From Minisyncoccota bacterium (GTDB taxonomy: Bacteria; Patescibacteriota; Minisyncoccia; Phycocordibacterales; CSBR16-193), in the NCBI GenBank assembly GCA_040905715.1, contig JBBDRA010000003.1, positions 7,075 to 71,074 of the forward strand: 64,000 nucleotides of DNA, written 5' to 3'. The position numbers were made by a program, and so were the translations under genes. Shown here in pieces: positions 27,782-38,500 of the stretch. The notes under the pieces are model-generated. The model was not told the origin of the DNA and did no database searches. It saw only the letters and a list, made by a program, of their open reading frames with translations. Numbering within the stretch: the stretch's first letter is position 1; every line of letters begins with the position of its first letter.

Positions 27782-30700
27782 ATGACTACTTGCAAAGACG
27801 AAAATACAAAAAGCGAACTGGCCAAGCGAGAGGAGGAGATACTCAAGCAGTGGCAGGAAAATAGCATATTTGAAAAAACGCTTGAGCAGACCAAGGGCGG
27901 GGAGGAGTTTGTATTTTATGAGGGGCCGCCGACCGCCAACGGCCGACCCGGCATTCATCATCTTGAGGCGCGCGCATTTAAGGACGCTATTCCTCGGTAC
28001 AAAACAATGCGGGGCTATCATGTCCGCCGCAAAGGTGGCTGGGACACGCACGGCCTGCCGGTTGAGCTTGAGGTAGAGAAGCAGCTTGGCCTTACATCGA
28101 AAAATGAAATTGAGGAATACGGTATCGAGAAGTTTAACGAAAAGTGCCGTGAGAGTGTCTGGACGTACGTAAACGAGTGGCGATCTTTTACAGAGCGAAT
28201 CGGGTTCTGGGTTGATTTGGACGATCCGTACGTTACGTATCAGCCGGATTACATGGAGTCAGTGTGGAATGTTCTTGGCCAGGCAAACGAGCGCAAGCTT
28301 CTCTACAAAGACTATAAGGTATTGCCGTGGTGTCCACGGTGCGGTACCGCGCTTTCGAGTCATGAACTAGCGCAAGGATACGAAACGGTCAAGGACCTAT
28401 CGGTGTATGTTGCCTTTAAGATAACCGATAGAGACGAGTACCTTCTGGCCTGGACCACTACTCCGTGGACGCTCCCGGGAAATGTCGCGCTTGCGGTTTC
28501 GAAAGAAGTTGAGTATGTACTCATAGAAGTTGAGGGCAAAAAGGTGTGGTTAACCAAGGATCGGCTTGAGCATGTTGCCCCGGAAGCGGTTGTAGAAAAA
28601 GAGGTGAAAGGGGGCGAACTAGTCGGTCTCGCCTACGAGCCGCTTTACGCGTATCTCAAAGATAATCTTCCCGAGAGCGAGAAAGAGAAACTTGCGAACG
28701 CCTTTCAGGTCTATGATGCAGATTTTGTAACCACTGAGGATGGTACCGGTATTGTGCACACCGCTGTGATGTACGGGCAGGATGACTTTGAGCTTGGTTC
28801 TCGAGCGGGTCTTCCAAAATTTCACTTGGTGAAAGAGAATGGCACGTTTATCCCGGAGACAGACTTTCTTGCCGGGCGTTTTGTTAAAGATGAATCCACC
28901 GATGTTGAGATCATCAAAGACCTTGCTCATCGCGGGCTTTTGGTTAAGAAAGAAAAAGTTGAGCACACCTATCCGCACTGTTGGAGGTGTAAAACACCGC
29001 TTATTTATTACGCACGTGGATCATGGTATATCCGCATGTCAGAGTTGCGTGATGAGTTGGTTAAGGAGAATCAGGAAATTAATTGGGAACCGGAGCATAT
29101 TCGCGACGGTCGTTTTGGCGAGTGGTTGAGTGAAGTAAAGGACTGGGCGATCTCGCGCGAGCGGTATTGGGGCACACCGCTGCCGATCTGGACCGATGAG
29201 AGCGGAGACGAGGTCGAGGTAGTTTCTTCGCGGGAAGATCTCCATAAAAAAGCGCCGGAGAAGGTGGTCAAAGTATTTTTTATGCGACACGGAGAGAGTG
29301 TGAAGAATGTTACGCATACGTTTGACAGCGGGCAAGCCGATTTTCCGCTGACCGAAAAAGGAAAAGAAGAAGCGAAGCGCGCGGGAGAAGAACTAAAAGA
29401 TGCCGGTATTGATCTGGTTGTTACTTCACCGATCCAGCGAACACTCGAGACTGCCGAGATCGTAGCCGGTGAGCTAGGGGCTGAGTTGGTGGTGGAGGAA
29501 GGGCTTTCTGAGATCAAAAGCGGGAGTTGGGACGGCAAGAAACTTGACGATGAATCGATCAAGGAAAGCCGTGCAACCTACTGCGCGCTTGGTCCGGAGG
29601 ATTATTATACTGCTCCGCGCGGAGAGACAGGAGAGAGCTGGAAGGAGATCGAGGCGCGTGCGTTCGGTGCGGTGAGTAAGGTGATAGACGAAAATCCCGG
29701 CAAGACAGTTCTCTTTGTAGCGCACCAGGGTATTGTGGTGTATGCGCTTAAGCCACTTAAAGGGTGGGATATTGTTGAAACCCGCAATGAGCGTGTTTAC
29801 GACAAAGAGTTCCATGCTCATGCTCACCCTGTTCTTGTATACATAGACCGAGAGCGAAAACGTGAACTTGACCTGCACCGACCATACATTGACGCTATTA
29901 CATACGAAAAAGACGGAAAGGAAATGAAACGAGTTCCGGAAGTGATGGATGTATGGTTTGACTCAGGGTCGATGCCGTTTGCCCAAGATCACTATCCGTT
30001 TGAGAATAAAGAGCGTCTTGAGGCAGGAGGCTATCCGGCTGACTTTATATCTGAGGCGATCGATCAAACTCGTGGCTGGTTCTATACACTTCACGCTATC
30101 GGGGCGATAATGGGCTTCGGCAAGGCGTACAAGAATGTAATTTCTCTTGGTCATATTCTTGATGCAGAAGGAAAGAAGATGTCGAAATCGAAAGGGAATA
30201 CAGTAGATCCCTGGGAGCTCATGGATAAATACGGTGCGGATGCCCTTAGATTTTGGATGTACTCGGTCAACCAGCCCGGTGAGCCGAAGAATTTTGTAGA
30301 GCAAACTGTGGATGAGGTAGTTAAGAAAGTGTTCAATCTGGCTTCTAACACAGCTCGGTTCTATGAGATGTACAAAGATTCTGATGACGGAACCGATCCG
30401 GACAAGACCGACGTGCTTGATCAGTGGATCGAAAGTTATACCAACAAGGTGGTTCAGGATGTTACGGATGATCTTGAAAATTACAAGCTTCTTGAAGCCA
30501 GCCGATCCATTCGTGAATTCATTACCGATCTCTCCCAATGGTACCTCCGTCGTTCTCGTGATCGGATAAAGGAAGGTGATCAAGCCGCGCTTTCAACGTT
30601 GCGCCAGACATTGCTGACACTCGCAAAACTTCTAGCTCCGTTTGCGCCGTTCTTTGCCGAGGATCTCTATAGTCGAGTTGGTGGCGGAAAGGAAAGTGTT

Positions 30701-31207
30701 CATATGGAAAGCTGGCCGAAGGGCCCTCAACCCGATGAGCAAGTGCTTACTAATATGGAAAAAGTTAGAGAGATCGTCACACAAGCGCTTGAATTGCGGG
30801 CGAAGGCAGGAGTGAAAGTTCGCCAGCCGTTGGCAGTGTTGACGATCGCTGAAGACATGGATGAAGCATATCGGGCGATCATTGCCGAGGAAGTGAATGT
30901 GAAGGAGGTGGCGGTTGGCAATGAGCTTGCGCTTGATACCGAATTCACCGATGAACTTAAGCAAGAAGGCGCTGTACGTGAGCTTGTTCGTGCAATTCAA
31001 GGGCTTCGCAAGGACTCCGGCATGAATCCGAGCGACAAGGCCACTCTTGCTGTCTCCACGGACGAGGCGGGCGCACAATTGATCGAGCAGTACCGAGACG
31101 AAGTTACCAAAACAACGAACCTTTCAGAGGTAACGTATGGCGATGTTGCTCAAGGAAAAAGTGTGGAGGCGAATAGCTATTCGTTCACTATTGATCTTCA
31201 TATATAA
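27782..31207 (+). CDS. ileS: Isoleucine--tRNA ligase (type 2) with inserted histidine-phosphatase domain
   Basis: EGPPTANG, GWDTHGLPVE, WTTTPWTLP, DWAISRERYWGTP, DQTRGWF, KMSKS. Confidence 0.96.
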   Translation: MTTCKDENTKSELAKREEEILKQWQENSIFEKTLEQTKGGEEFVFYEGPPTANGRPGIHHLEARAFKDAIPRYKTMRGYHVRRKGGWDTHGLPVELEVEKQLGLTSKNEIEEYGIEKFNEKCRESVWTYVNEWRSFTERIGFWVDLDDPYVTYQPDYMESVWNVLGQANERKLLYKDYKVLPWCPRCGTALSSHELAQGYETVKDLSVYVAFKITDRDEYLLAWTTTPWTLPGNVALAVSKEVEYVLIEVEGKKVWLTKDRLEHVAPEAVVEKEVKGGELVGLAYEPLYAYLKDNLPESEKEKLANAFQVYDADFVTTEDGTGIVHTAVMYGQDDFELGSRAGLPKFHLVKENGTFIPETDFLAGRFVKDESTDVEIIKDLAHRGLLVKKEKVEHTYPHCWRCKTPLIYYARGSWYIRMSELRDELVKENQEINWEPEHIRDGRFGEWLSEVKDWAISRERYWGTPLPIWTDESGDEVEVVSSREDLHKKAPEKVVKVFFMRHGESVKNVTHTFDSGQADFPLTEKGKEEAKRAGEELKDAGIDLVVTSPIQRTLETAEIVAGELGAELVVEEGLSEIKSGSWDGKKLDDESIKESRATYCALGPEDYYTAPRGETGESWKEIEARAFGAVSKVIDENPGKTVLFVAHQGIVVYALKPLKGWDIVETRNERVYDKEFHAHAHPVLVYIDRERKRELDLHRPYIDAITYEKDGKEMKRVPEVMDVWFDSGSMPFAQDHYPFENKERLEAGGYPADFISEAIDQTRGWFYTLHAIGAIMGFGKAYKNVISLGHILDAEGKKMSKSKGNTVDPWELMDKYGADALRFWMYSVNQPGEPKNFVEQTVDEVVKKVFNLASNTARFYEMYKDSDDGTDPDKTDVLDQWIESYTNKVVQDVTDDLENYKLLEASRSIREFITDLSQWYLRRSRDRIKEGDQAALSTLRQTLLTLAKLLAPFAPFFAEDLYSRVGGGKESVHMESWPKGPQPDEQVLTNMEKVREIVTQALELRAKAGVKVRQPLAVLTIAEDMDEAYRAIIAEEVNVKEVAVGNELALDTEFTDELKQEGAVRELVRAIQGLRKDSGMNPSDKATLAVSTDEAGAQLIEQYRDEVTKTTNLSEVTYGDVAQGKSVEANSYSFTIDLHI

Positions 31208-31259
31208 TTCTAGTTGGAATACGGCAGATAGCTTTTATCATTAACGCAAGGAGAATCTC

Positions 31260-31520
31260 ATGTCGAGTACTGTGTACGGATTGCGCATGATGGTGGCTTT
31301 GTTCTTCTTTCTTTTGCCGTTCGCGTTCGCCGGTGTCCTTGTTGTGAGTGCGCCTGATGGAGTGATTTTTCAGTGGTTTAAGTTATTTGAAGGGTCAACA
31401 CACCTGGAAGGAACCTTGCTCCTTATTCCCTGGGGTACGGCCGCCGCGATCGCCGGTCATACGCAAGGATGTCGTGACCGAACCATCGCAGCACAGCAGA
31501 AAGATGACCCTGTGTTATGA
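31260..31520 (+). CDS. Small membrane protein
   Basis: AAGGAG SD, hydrophobic segments. Confidence 0.55.
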   Translation: MSSTVYGLRMMVALFFFLLPFAFAGVLVVSAPDGVIFQWFKLFEGSTHLEGTLLLIPWGTAAAIAGHTQGCRDRTIAAQQKDDPVL

Positions 31521-31619
31521 ATTCTTTCGCTAAAGAACTTCTCAGGTTGTTTCCGCTCGCACCAAATGGTGTCGGGCGGTTTTCTAAATACGAAATACTA
31601 GATACTATATACTGACTAT

Positions 31620-32231
31620 ATGGAATACCGTCTCTACACTACCCCTGCTTTTGTGCTCGCCCGAACGCCCTCGGGTGAAGCAAATAGCCGTGTCTGGTTT
31701 CTCACCAGAGATCTGGGTCTTATTCAAGCAAATGCCCAGGCGGCGCGATCATTGGCAAGCAAACACCGCTACGGCCTGCAGACCCTATCGCTCTCGGTAG
31801 TTTCGGTAGTTCGTGGAAAAAGCGGTTGGCGGGTGACGAGCGTAATGCCGCAGTACTCATATTATTCGCGCTTGAATAGTTCAACAGCTGCTGTGGATGT
31901 GGCGGCGAAAGTGGCGCTCGCTTTGCGCACCTTGTGTGCCGGTGAGGAGCATCAGCCTGAGCTGTTCACTATTTTTACTGAGGTAGTGAATAGTCTTTCA
32001 GAAGATTCTCTTAATTATAAAGAGTGTCGAGCCATTGAGTGTATTGCCTTGTTGCGTATACTCTCGCGTCTTGGTTACGTGGGCGACGATAAACTCCTTA
32101 TTCCGTTTACTTCCTCGTCCGGATTTGATCAACCGTTGATTCAGAAGGTAACAGAACATAAGAGGAACATTATTCGAACGATCAATAAAGCTTTTGAAGC
32201 AAGTCACCTGGTTTCCGCACGCTACGCGTAG
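31620..32231 (+). CDS. recO: DNA repair protein RecO
   Basis: AFVLARTPSGEAN..FLTRDLG OB fold; LRILSRLGY. Confidence 0.85.
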   Translation: MEYRLYTTPAFVLARTPSGEANSRVWFLTRDLGLIQANAQAARSLASKHRYGLQTLSLSVVSVVRGKSGWRVTSVMPQYSYYSRLNSSTAAVDVAAKVALALRTLCAGEEHQPELFTIFTEVVNSLSEDSLNYKECRAIECIALLRILSRLGYVGDDKLLIPFTSSSGFDQPLIQKVTEHKRNIIRTINKAFEASHLVSARYA

Positions 32232-32268
32232 CCACTGTTGGGGCGAGGTGGTATAATTTCAATTATCT

Positions 32269-34443
32269 ATGGCTGATCGAGAGGGCGATAACAAACTTGA
32301 AAAGGCGCAGAATCGACTATATTCTCGCGATTACAATGAACCGGATTCAAATCGCCGAAGCGGTTTTGAAGAGGATGATGAGCCGGTTAGACGCAATTGG
32401 GACGACTTGCACGCGCAAGAACAAGAAACAGTAGAGGCTCAAGAGCCGGACCCGCAGGACCGGTCAGAAGAGCAAGTAGACGAGCAGCCTTCAGAACAAA
32501 CCCTTTCAGAAACCACCGAAGAACAAACTGAAGAACAAATCGAAAAACAAACTGAAGATCAACCCCAAGGATACTCTGAAGAACCACAAGAGAGATCGCC
32601 GGAGGCACGTTCGGTACAAGACTCGTCAGCCGATCGAGAGGCGGTGAGCGTGAGCGCTGGAGTAGACGAGAAACCCCGGGGCTCCCGCACGGACAGCTTT
32701 TTTAATACATTATTCTGGCTGTCGCTAGCTTTTTTCGTGCTAGCGATCAGCGGTGCAGTAGCACTCTTTTTAACCGGCTCTTTTTTCACGTCCGGCGACA
32801 ATGTGCTGGTTAGAGTTGAGGGACCAACATCCGTAAGTGGAGCAGAAGATAGTGAGTTCGATATTATTGTGGCAAATAACAACGACACCGGATTGACCAA
32901 CGCAAAGCTTACCGTTACGTACCCTGAGGGCGCCCGATACACAGATGATCTGGGCCGCAAAAAAGCACGCGAAGTGGTGGTACTCGATACGGTTGATCCG
33001 GGCCAACAGATCCGAGCCACGATCGATACGACTATCATAGGAAGAGCTGATACGACCGAGACAATAACACTTTCCCTTGAGTACGGGCTTGAAAATTCAA
33101 GCGCAACGTTTGTAAAGGAGACGGAATACGATGTTGCTATCACAAATGCTCCGATCGATGTTTCTATTAGTTCCCCGACCGAAATAAACAGTAATCAGCC
33201 GGTCACCTTTGATCTAACGATCAGTTCGAACACGAGTAAGCAATTGGAGAACCTGTTACTGGTCACTCAGTATCCGTTCGGGTTCAGTTTGCGAAGCGCT
33301 GACCCTGAGGCGAGCGACGGCGACACGGTCTGGGAGATAGGCACCCTTGAGCCCGGGGAAGAAAAGAACATTCGAATATCCGGTCCTTTGCAGGCGCAGG
33401 AGAAGGAACAGCGAACATTTACGTTCAGTATCGGTATTGCCGATGAGAACCGAAGGGAAACCCTGGCGCACGTGCTCGATGAAACCAAACGAACGCTATC
33501 GATCAACGCACCGTACTTAGACCTCGACGCGACATTTCAGAACATGACACCGGAAGAGTTCGTCGGGGAAGTCGGCGACAATATCAGAGCTGATATATCA
33601 TGGAAAAATAATTTAGACGAACGGATTGCTGATGTTGAATTGATAGCGACACTCGGTGGAAATGCCTTTTCACGCGAATCGGTTCAGGTGGATCGTGAAG
33701 GATTTTATCGATCTTCTAATAATGAAGTTGTCTGGAACATGAGCACGAACCCGGCTCTTTCTTCAATGGATAGCAATGAGCAAGTAAATGTTAATTTCCT
33801 TTTTGCTTCACAGAAAGAGATATCATCAGGGTCAGCAGATGTTGCTAATCCACACATCACCGTTGAGCTCGAAGCGATCGGCAATCAGTTTACAGACGCA
33901 GAACTTCCTGAAACCGTAAGTACAGCACATAGCTTTTTGTTGAAGATGAACACGGTCATGGATATCGAGGCTCACGCGGTCTACAGTGACGGACCGTTCG
34001 TAAACACGGGTCCGGTGCCGCCTGTTGCCGATAAGCCGACAACATTTACCGTTGTTGTGAACGCGCTTAATCGCTATAACGATGTAGAGGATGCGGAGTT
34101 CACTGCCCGCTTACCAACCTATGTTGAATGGACCGGTAATACCACAAACGATGAGGTTATCTCATATAACAGTAATACTCGTGAAATTCGATGGAACATT
34201 GGAGAGTTGAGAAGGCAGAGTGGGCATGCGCTGTCCGCTGAGCAGGTCGCGTTTCAGGTTGAGGTTACACCAAGTATTAGTCACATCGACGAACAGCCGG
34301 AGATCGTGACGGATGGTTTACTGCTTGGTCGTGATACGTATACTGAGCAGGATCTTCGTGTGCAGCCTCGCGATGTGACAACGAACTTGGAGATCGATCC
34401 CCAATACTCAGCCCGTCGTGACGGCACAGTGCGAGCACGCTAA
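32269..34443 (+). CDS. Single-pass membrane protein with beta-rich (Ig/DUF11-like) extracellular domains
   Basis: Acidic disordered N-terminus, one TM, repeated W.IG.L motifs, NTGPVPP. Confidence 0.75.
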   Translation: MADREGDNKLEKAQNRLYSRDYNEPDSNRRSGFEEDDEPVRRNWDDLHAQEQETVEAQEPDPQDRSEEQVDEQPSEQTLSETTEEQTEEQIEKQTEDQPQGYSEEPQERSPEARSVQDSSADREAVSVSAGVDEKPRGSRTDSFFNTLFWLSLAFFVLAISGAVALFLTGSFFTSGDNVLVRVEGPTSVSGAEDSEFDIIVANNNDTGLTNAKLTVTYPEGARYTDDLGRKKAREVVVLDTVDPGQQIRATIDTTIIGRADTTETITLSLEYGLENSSATFVKETEYDVAITNAPIDVSISSPTEINSNQPVTFDLTISSNTSKQLENLLLVTQYPFGFSLRSADPEASDGDTVWEIGTLEPGEEKNIRISGPLQAQEKEQRTFTFSIGIADENRRETLAHVLDETKRTLSINAPYLDLDATFQNMTPEEFVGEVGDNIRADISWKNNLDERIADVELIATLGGNAFSRESVQVDREGFYRSSNNEVVWNMSTNPALSSMDSNEQVNVNFLFASQKEISSGSADVANPHITVELEAIGNQFTDAELPETVSTAHSFLLKMNTVMDIEAHAVYSDGPFVNTGPVPPVADKPTTFTVVVNALNRYNDVEDAEFTARLPTYVEWTGNTTNDEVISYNSNTREIRWNIGELRRQSGHALSAEQVAFQVEVTPSISHIDEQPEIVTDGLLLGRDTYTEQDLRVQPRDVTTNLEIDPQYSARRDGTVRAR

Positions 34444-34484
34444 CGGTTTGGCGGAAGCGATAAGTATGATATGCATAAGAGTCT

Positions 34485-35870
34485 ATGACCAATACCACCA
34501 CACAACCAACACTTGAAGATATTGTTTCACTGGCGAAGCGCCGAGGATTCATCTACCCTGGTTCAGAGATCTACGGGGGGCTTGCCGGTGCCTATGACTA
34601 CGGCCCGCTCGGTGTAGCGCTGAAGAACAACGTCAAGCAGCTTTGGTGGAAGCGTTTCGTGGACGGGCGGGATGATATGTACGGTGTCGACGCCTCGATC
34701 TTAATGAACAGAAAAACATGGGAAGCGAGCGGACACGCCGCCGGATTCGCCGACCCGCTCGTGGAAGACCTTGAGACAAAACAGCGATATCGAGCTGATC
34801 ATCTTCTTGAAGATGCTGAGATCGATCCGTCAGGGATGGACTTTGCCGCCATGAGTGCCGCGATACGTGACAACAATATTAAAAGCCCTGAGGGCAACGA
34901 GCTGTCTGATGTTCGTGAATTTAATATGATGTTTCAAACATCAGTCGGCGCAACGAGTGGAGAGGAAGGGAAAACGTACCTTCGACCGGAGACCGCGCAG
35001 GGAATTTTTGTGAACTTTAAAAACATTGTTGACTCGCTCTACCCGAACTTCCCGTTCGGTATCGCTCAGGTTGGTAAAGCGTTCCGCAATGAGATCGCTC
35101 CGCGAGATTTTGTGTTCCGAACGCGTGAATTTGAACAGATGGAAATAGAGTACTTTATCCGAGAAGAGGAATGGGAGCAGTGGTTTGAATACTGGCGCGA
35201 GCAAATGTGGGGCTGGGTTGATGATATCGGTCTCACGAAAGAAAAGGTGCACGAGCTAGAGGTCCCCGACACCGAGCTTGCGCATTATTCAAAGCGTACG
35301 ATCGATTTTGAATATGATTATCCGATCGGTAGAAAGGAGCTGTACGGCTTAGCCTACCGAACCGACCACGATCTCAAGCAGCACATGGAGCACTCCGGCG
35401 TCAGTCTTGAGTACACCGACAAGCAGACCTCTGAGCGATTCATCCCGCACGTGATCGAGCCGTCGCTTGGGTTGGATCGAACGGTTCTGGCGCTCTTGTG
35501 CGACGCATATCAGGAAGACGAAGTGAACGGGGAGAAGCGAATGTATCTGGCGTTCAAGCCGGATGTTGCACCGGTACGAATGGCGGTCTTTCCGCTTTTG
35601 AAGAACAAGCCGGAATTGGTAGAGAAGGCAAGAGAGGTCTTTGCCCTGCTTAAAGCAGAGTTTGGCCGGGTCTGGTTCGATGATAATGGCAACATCGGTA
35701 AGCGGTATCGACGGCAGGACGAGATCGGAACCCCGCACACGATAACGATAGACTTCGATACCCTTGAAGGAGGGGAGAACGGCGAGAAGGACACGGTCAC
35801 CGTCCGTGACCGGGACACAGCAGCGCAGGAGCGAGTTTCAATTTCTGAGTTAATTCAGAAATTGAAATAG
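34485..35870 (+). CDS. glyQS: Glycine--tRNA ligase (alpha2 type)
   Basis: LRPETAQG, GKAFRNEI, REFEQMEIE, IEPSLG, IGKRYRRQDEIGTP. Confidence 0.97.
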   Translation: MTNTTTQPTLEDIVSLAKRRGFIYPGSEIYGGLAGAYDYGPLGVALKNNVKQLWWKRFVDGRDDMYGVDASILMNRKTWEASGHAAGFADPLVEDLETKQRYRADHLLEDAEIDPSGMDFAAMSAAIRDNNIKSPEGNELSDVREFNMMFQTSVGATSGEEGKTYLRPETAQGIFVNFKNIVDSLYPNFPFGIAQVGKAFRNEIAPRDFVFRTREFEQMEIEYFIREEEWEQWFEYWREQMWGWVDDIGLTKEKVHELEVPDTELAHYSKRTIDFEYDYPIGRKELYGLAYRTDHDLKQHMEHSGVSLEYTDKQTSERFIPHVIEPSLGLDRTVLALLCDAYQEDEVNGEKRMYLAFKPDVAPVRMAVFPLLKNKPELVEKAREVFALLKAEFGRVWFDDNGNIGKRYRRQDEIGTPHTITIDFDTLEGGENGEKDTVTVRDRDTAAQERVSISELIQKLK

Positions 35871-35956
35871 AAGGTAAGAATATGATTCAACAACCAAACC
35901 ACCGTTCGATCACGTCGAACGGTGGTTTTTCCGTATTACGTAAAGGCCGGTTACAA

Positions 35957-36000
35957 ATATTAGAGTTAACTCTAATATAACTCTAATATAACTCTAATAT
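35957..36000. repeat. 11-nt unit: one inverted plus three tandem copies
   Basis: ATATTAGAGTT followed by (AACTCTAATAT)x3. Confidence 0.85.
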
Positions 36001-36053
36001 TTAAAATTCACGTATTTTCTGCTACACTACGGCCACTCTATAAGCCACCTTTT

Positions 36054-37325
36054 ATGAAAGCTAACAAAAAGATACTCAAGAACGGCATGCGTCTTATAAC
36101 CGTGCCGATGAAAGACAACCCGGCGGTAACCGTAATGGCAATGACCGAAACCGGGTCAAAGAACGAGACGGATGAGACGAGCGGTATTGCTCACTTTCTC
36201 GAGCACATGTGTTTTAAAGGCGGCAAGAAATACACAAGTCCGCGAGAGGTAAGTACGGCGCTTGATAAGCTCGGCGCTGAATCAAACGCAATGACCGGTC
36301 ATGAATACACCGGCTATTACGGCAAGGCGCACCCGAAACACTTCAAAAAGATCCTTGATGTTGTTGCGGATATCTATATACATACTCGCCTGGACGAGGA
36401 CGAGATGGAAAAAGAGCGGGGAGTGATCCTCGAGGAGATAAACATGTACGAGGATTTTCCACCACGTCATGTTGCTGACCTGTTCTATCAATTGATCTAT
36501 AAAGGTCAGCCAGCCGGTCGACCGATCTTGGGTCCACGCGAGAACATTAAACAAATGTCTCGGGAAACATTTCTTGAGTTTCATCAGACACACTACGTCG
36601 CTGAGAAGACGATCCTCTTTGTTGCTGGTGAATTTGACCAAAAAGAAGTAGTTAAGGAAGTGGAGAAAGCATTCGCACAGATCCCCTCATCCAAGGCGCC
36701 GAAAATGCCGAAAACAGTCGAGAAGCAGGTGGCGCCACAGCTATTTATTCAACAGAAGAAGACCGATCAGATGCACTTTATGCTTGGGGTACGGGCATAC
36801 AAAGCAAAAGACAAGCGGGTCCCGGCGTTGAATGTTCTTAAAACAGTGCTCGGTGGCGGTATGTCGAGTCGCTTGTTTCTGAAGCTTCGCGAAGAAATGG
36901 GAGTTTGCTACTACGTAAAAGCACCGCTTGGTTTGCATATCGACCACGGCTATCTCGGTGTTGCTGCCGGAGTAGATAAAAACCGGCTTGAGGAAGTATT
37001 AGGAGAGGTTATGGGAGAAATGAATCGTCTTAAAGATGAATTGATCGACGAGAAGGAGCTTAAAAAAGCCAAGGATTATATTATCGGCAATATGTCGCTC
37101 GGACTTGAGACATCGGACTCTGTCGCTGATTTTTTTGCCGAGCAGGAGATAATGGAGGGCGGGATCTTGAGAACACCTAATCAAGTGATACAAGAGATTC
37201 GTGCGGTGACTGCTAAAGATGTACAAAAAGTTGCTCGAGATATCTTTAAAAACGAAAAATTAAATATGGCGGTCGTGGGGGATGTAAAAGACGAGGCAAA
37301 GGTTAAGAAAGCACTTAAGATCTAG
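36054..37325 (+). CDS. M16 (pitrilysin) zinc peptidase
   Basis: GIAHFLEHM inverted zinc motif, LGGGMSSRLF..LRE. Confidence 0.94.
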   Translation: MKANKKILKNGMRLITVPMKDNPAVTVMAMTETGSKNETDETSGIAHFLEHMCFKGGKKYTSPREVSTALDKLGAESNAMTGHEYTGYYGKAHPKHFKKILDVVADIYIHTRLDEDEMEKERGVILEEINMYEDFPPRHVADLFYQLIYKGQPAGRPILGPRENIKQMSRETFLEFHQTHYVAEKTILFVAGEFDQKEVVKEVEKAFAQIPSSKAPKMPKTVEKQVAPQLFIQQKKTDQMHFMLGVRAYKAKDKRVPALNVLKTVLGGGMSSRLFLKLREEMGVCYYVKAPLGLHIDHGYLGVAAGVDKNRLEEVLGEVMGEMNRLKDELIDEKELKKAKDYIIGNMSLGLETSDSVADFFAEQEIMEGGILRTPNQVIQEIRAVTAKDVQKVARDIFKNEKLNMAVVGDVKDEAKVKKALKI

Positions 37326-37367
37326 TTGCTTTTCTCCTAGCACGCGTCCGTGCTCAATGGTAGGATA

Positions 37368-38465
37368 ATGGTTATGATAAACGAACAGCCCTCCAACACA
37401 CCTCGCACTCATACGATGATTTCCATCAGCTTGAATACCGTTCTGATGATCGTCGGGGTTGCTCTCACGCTCTTAGCCGCGTATTTGTTGCGCGATCTTG
37501 TGTTGGTTGTATTTGCTGCGGTTGTTATCGCGGTGGCGGTAGAGCCGGCTATTCAGTGGTTTCATCGTCGAAAAGTACCGAGACTTCCCGCGGTTATCAT
37601 TATCTATTTGATCATTGCTACTATTTTTGTCGGAGTGATCGCGTTTCTTTTGCGACCTCTTATCGGACAGGCCATGGAATTTTTGAATTCACTACCGGAG
37701 TACTGGCAGTCTCTACAGGCGTGGGCGTCTATGCAAACCGGGGGCAGTGTTGGAACCGGAGGAGAGGCTCTATCTATACAGGAGGTTTCACGAGAGTTGC
37801 GTGATTCGCTCACCGGTCTGTCCGGCGGCGCGTTAAGTGTTATTTCTAATGTGTTTGGCGGTGTGTTGAGTTTTGTTTTGATCGCTGTGCTGTCGTTTTA
37901 TCTTTCGGTCCAAGAGAATGGAGTCACGGACTTCTTGCGCATGGTTACGCCGACTCGCTATGAGCCATATGTGCTTGGTCTATGGAAACGTGCCGAGCGA
38001 AAGATCGGCCTGTGGATGCAGGGACAGTTGATCCTGGTGGTGATCATCGGTGTTTTGACATACATTGGTTTGACCTTGCTTGGTGTCGAGCACGCGTTGC
38101 TCCTTGCGGTGCTGGCCGGAGCATTTGAGATTATTCCGCTTTTCGGTCCGATTCTGGCAGCGATTCCGGCGATCCTGATCGCGTTTACAACCGAAGGCGT
38201 TACTCTGGCGCTTCTGGTAACCGGGCTGTATGTTGTTATACAGCAGCTTGAAAACCACGTGATCTATCCGATGGTAGTGAAGAAGGTGGTCGGCCTCTCG
38301 CCAATAGTGATCATTATCGGCCTGGTTGCCGGTGGTCAGCTCGGCGGGTTTCTCGGTATTCTTCTGGCTGTACCGATAGCGGCGATCTTGATGGAGATCA
38401 TAAATGACGTACAGGAAGGAAAAGAGATGCGATCAAAGAGGATGGAACCGGAAGGATCTGAGTAG
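37368..38465 (+). CDS. AI-2E (PerM) family transporter
   Basis: Multi-TM; QQLENHVIYP, GILLAVP. Confidence 0.9.
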   Translation: MVMINEQPSNTPRTHTMISISLNTVLMIVGVALTLLAAYLLRDLVLVVFAAVVIAVAVEPAIQWFHRRKVPRLPAVIIIYLIIATIFVGVIAFLLRPLIGQAMEFLNSLPEYWQSLQAWASMQTGGSVGTGGEALSIQEVSRELRDSLTGLSGGALSVISNVFGGVLSFVLIAVLSFYLSVQENGVTDFLRMVTPTRYEPYVLGLWKRAERKIGLWMQGQLILVVIIGVLTYIGLTLLGVEHALLLAVLAGAFEIIPLFGPILAAIPAILIAFTTEGVTLALLVTGLYVVIQQLENHVIYPMVVKKVVGLSPIVIIIGLVAGGQLGGFLGILLAVPIAAILMEIINDVQEGKEMRSKRMEPEGSE

Positions 38466-38500
38466 GAAACCTCTACCTAACTAATCGTTACGTGACCGAA

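Noticed and set aside
32400-32600. GAA/CAA-rich quasi-repeats in 32269..34443
   Set aside because: Low-complexity E/Q/T disordered linker, not an independent element
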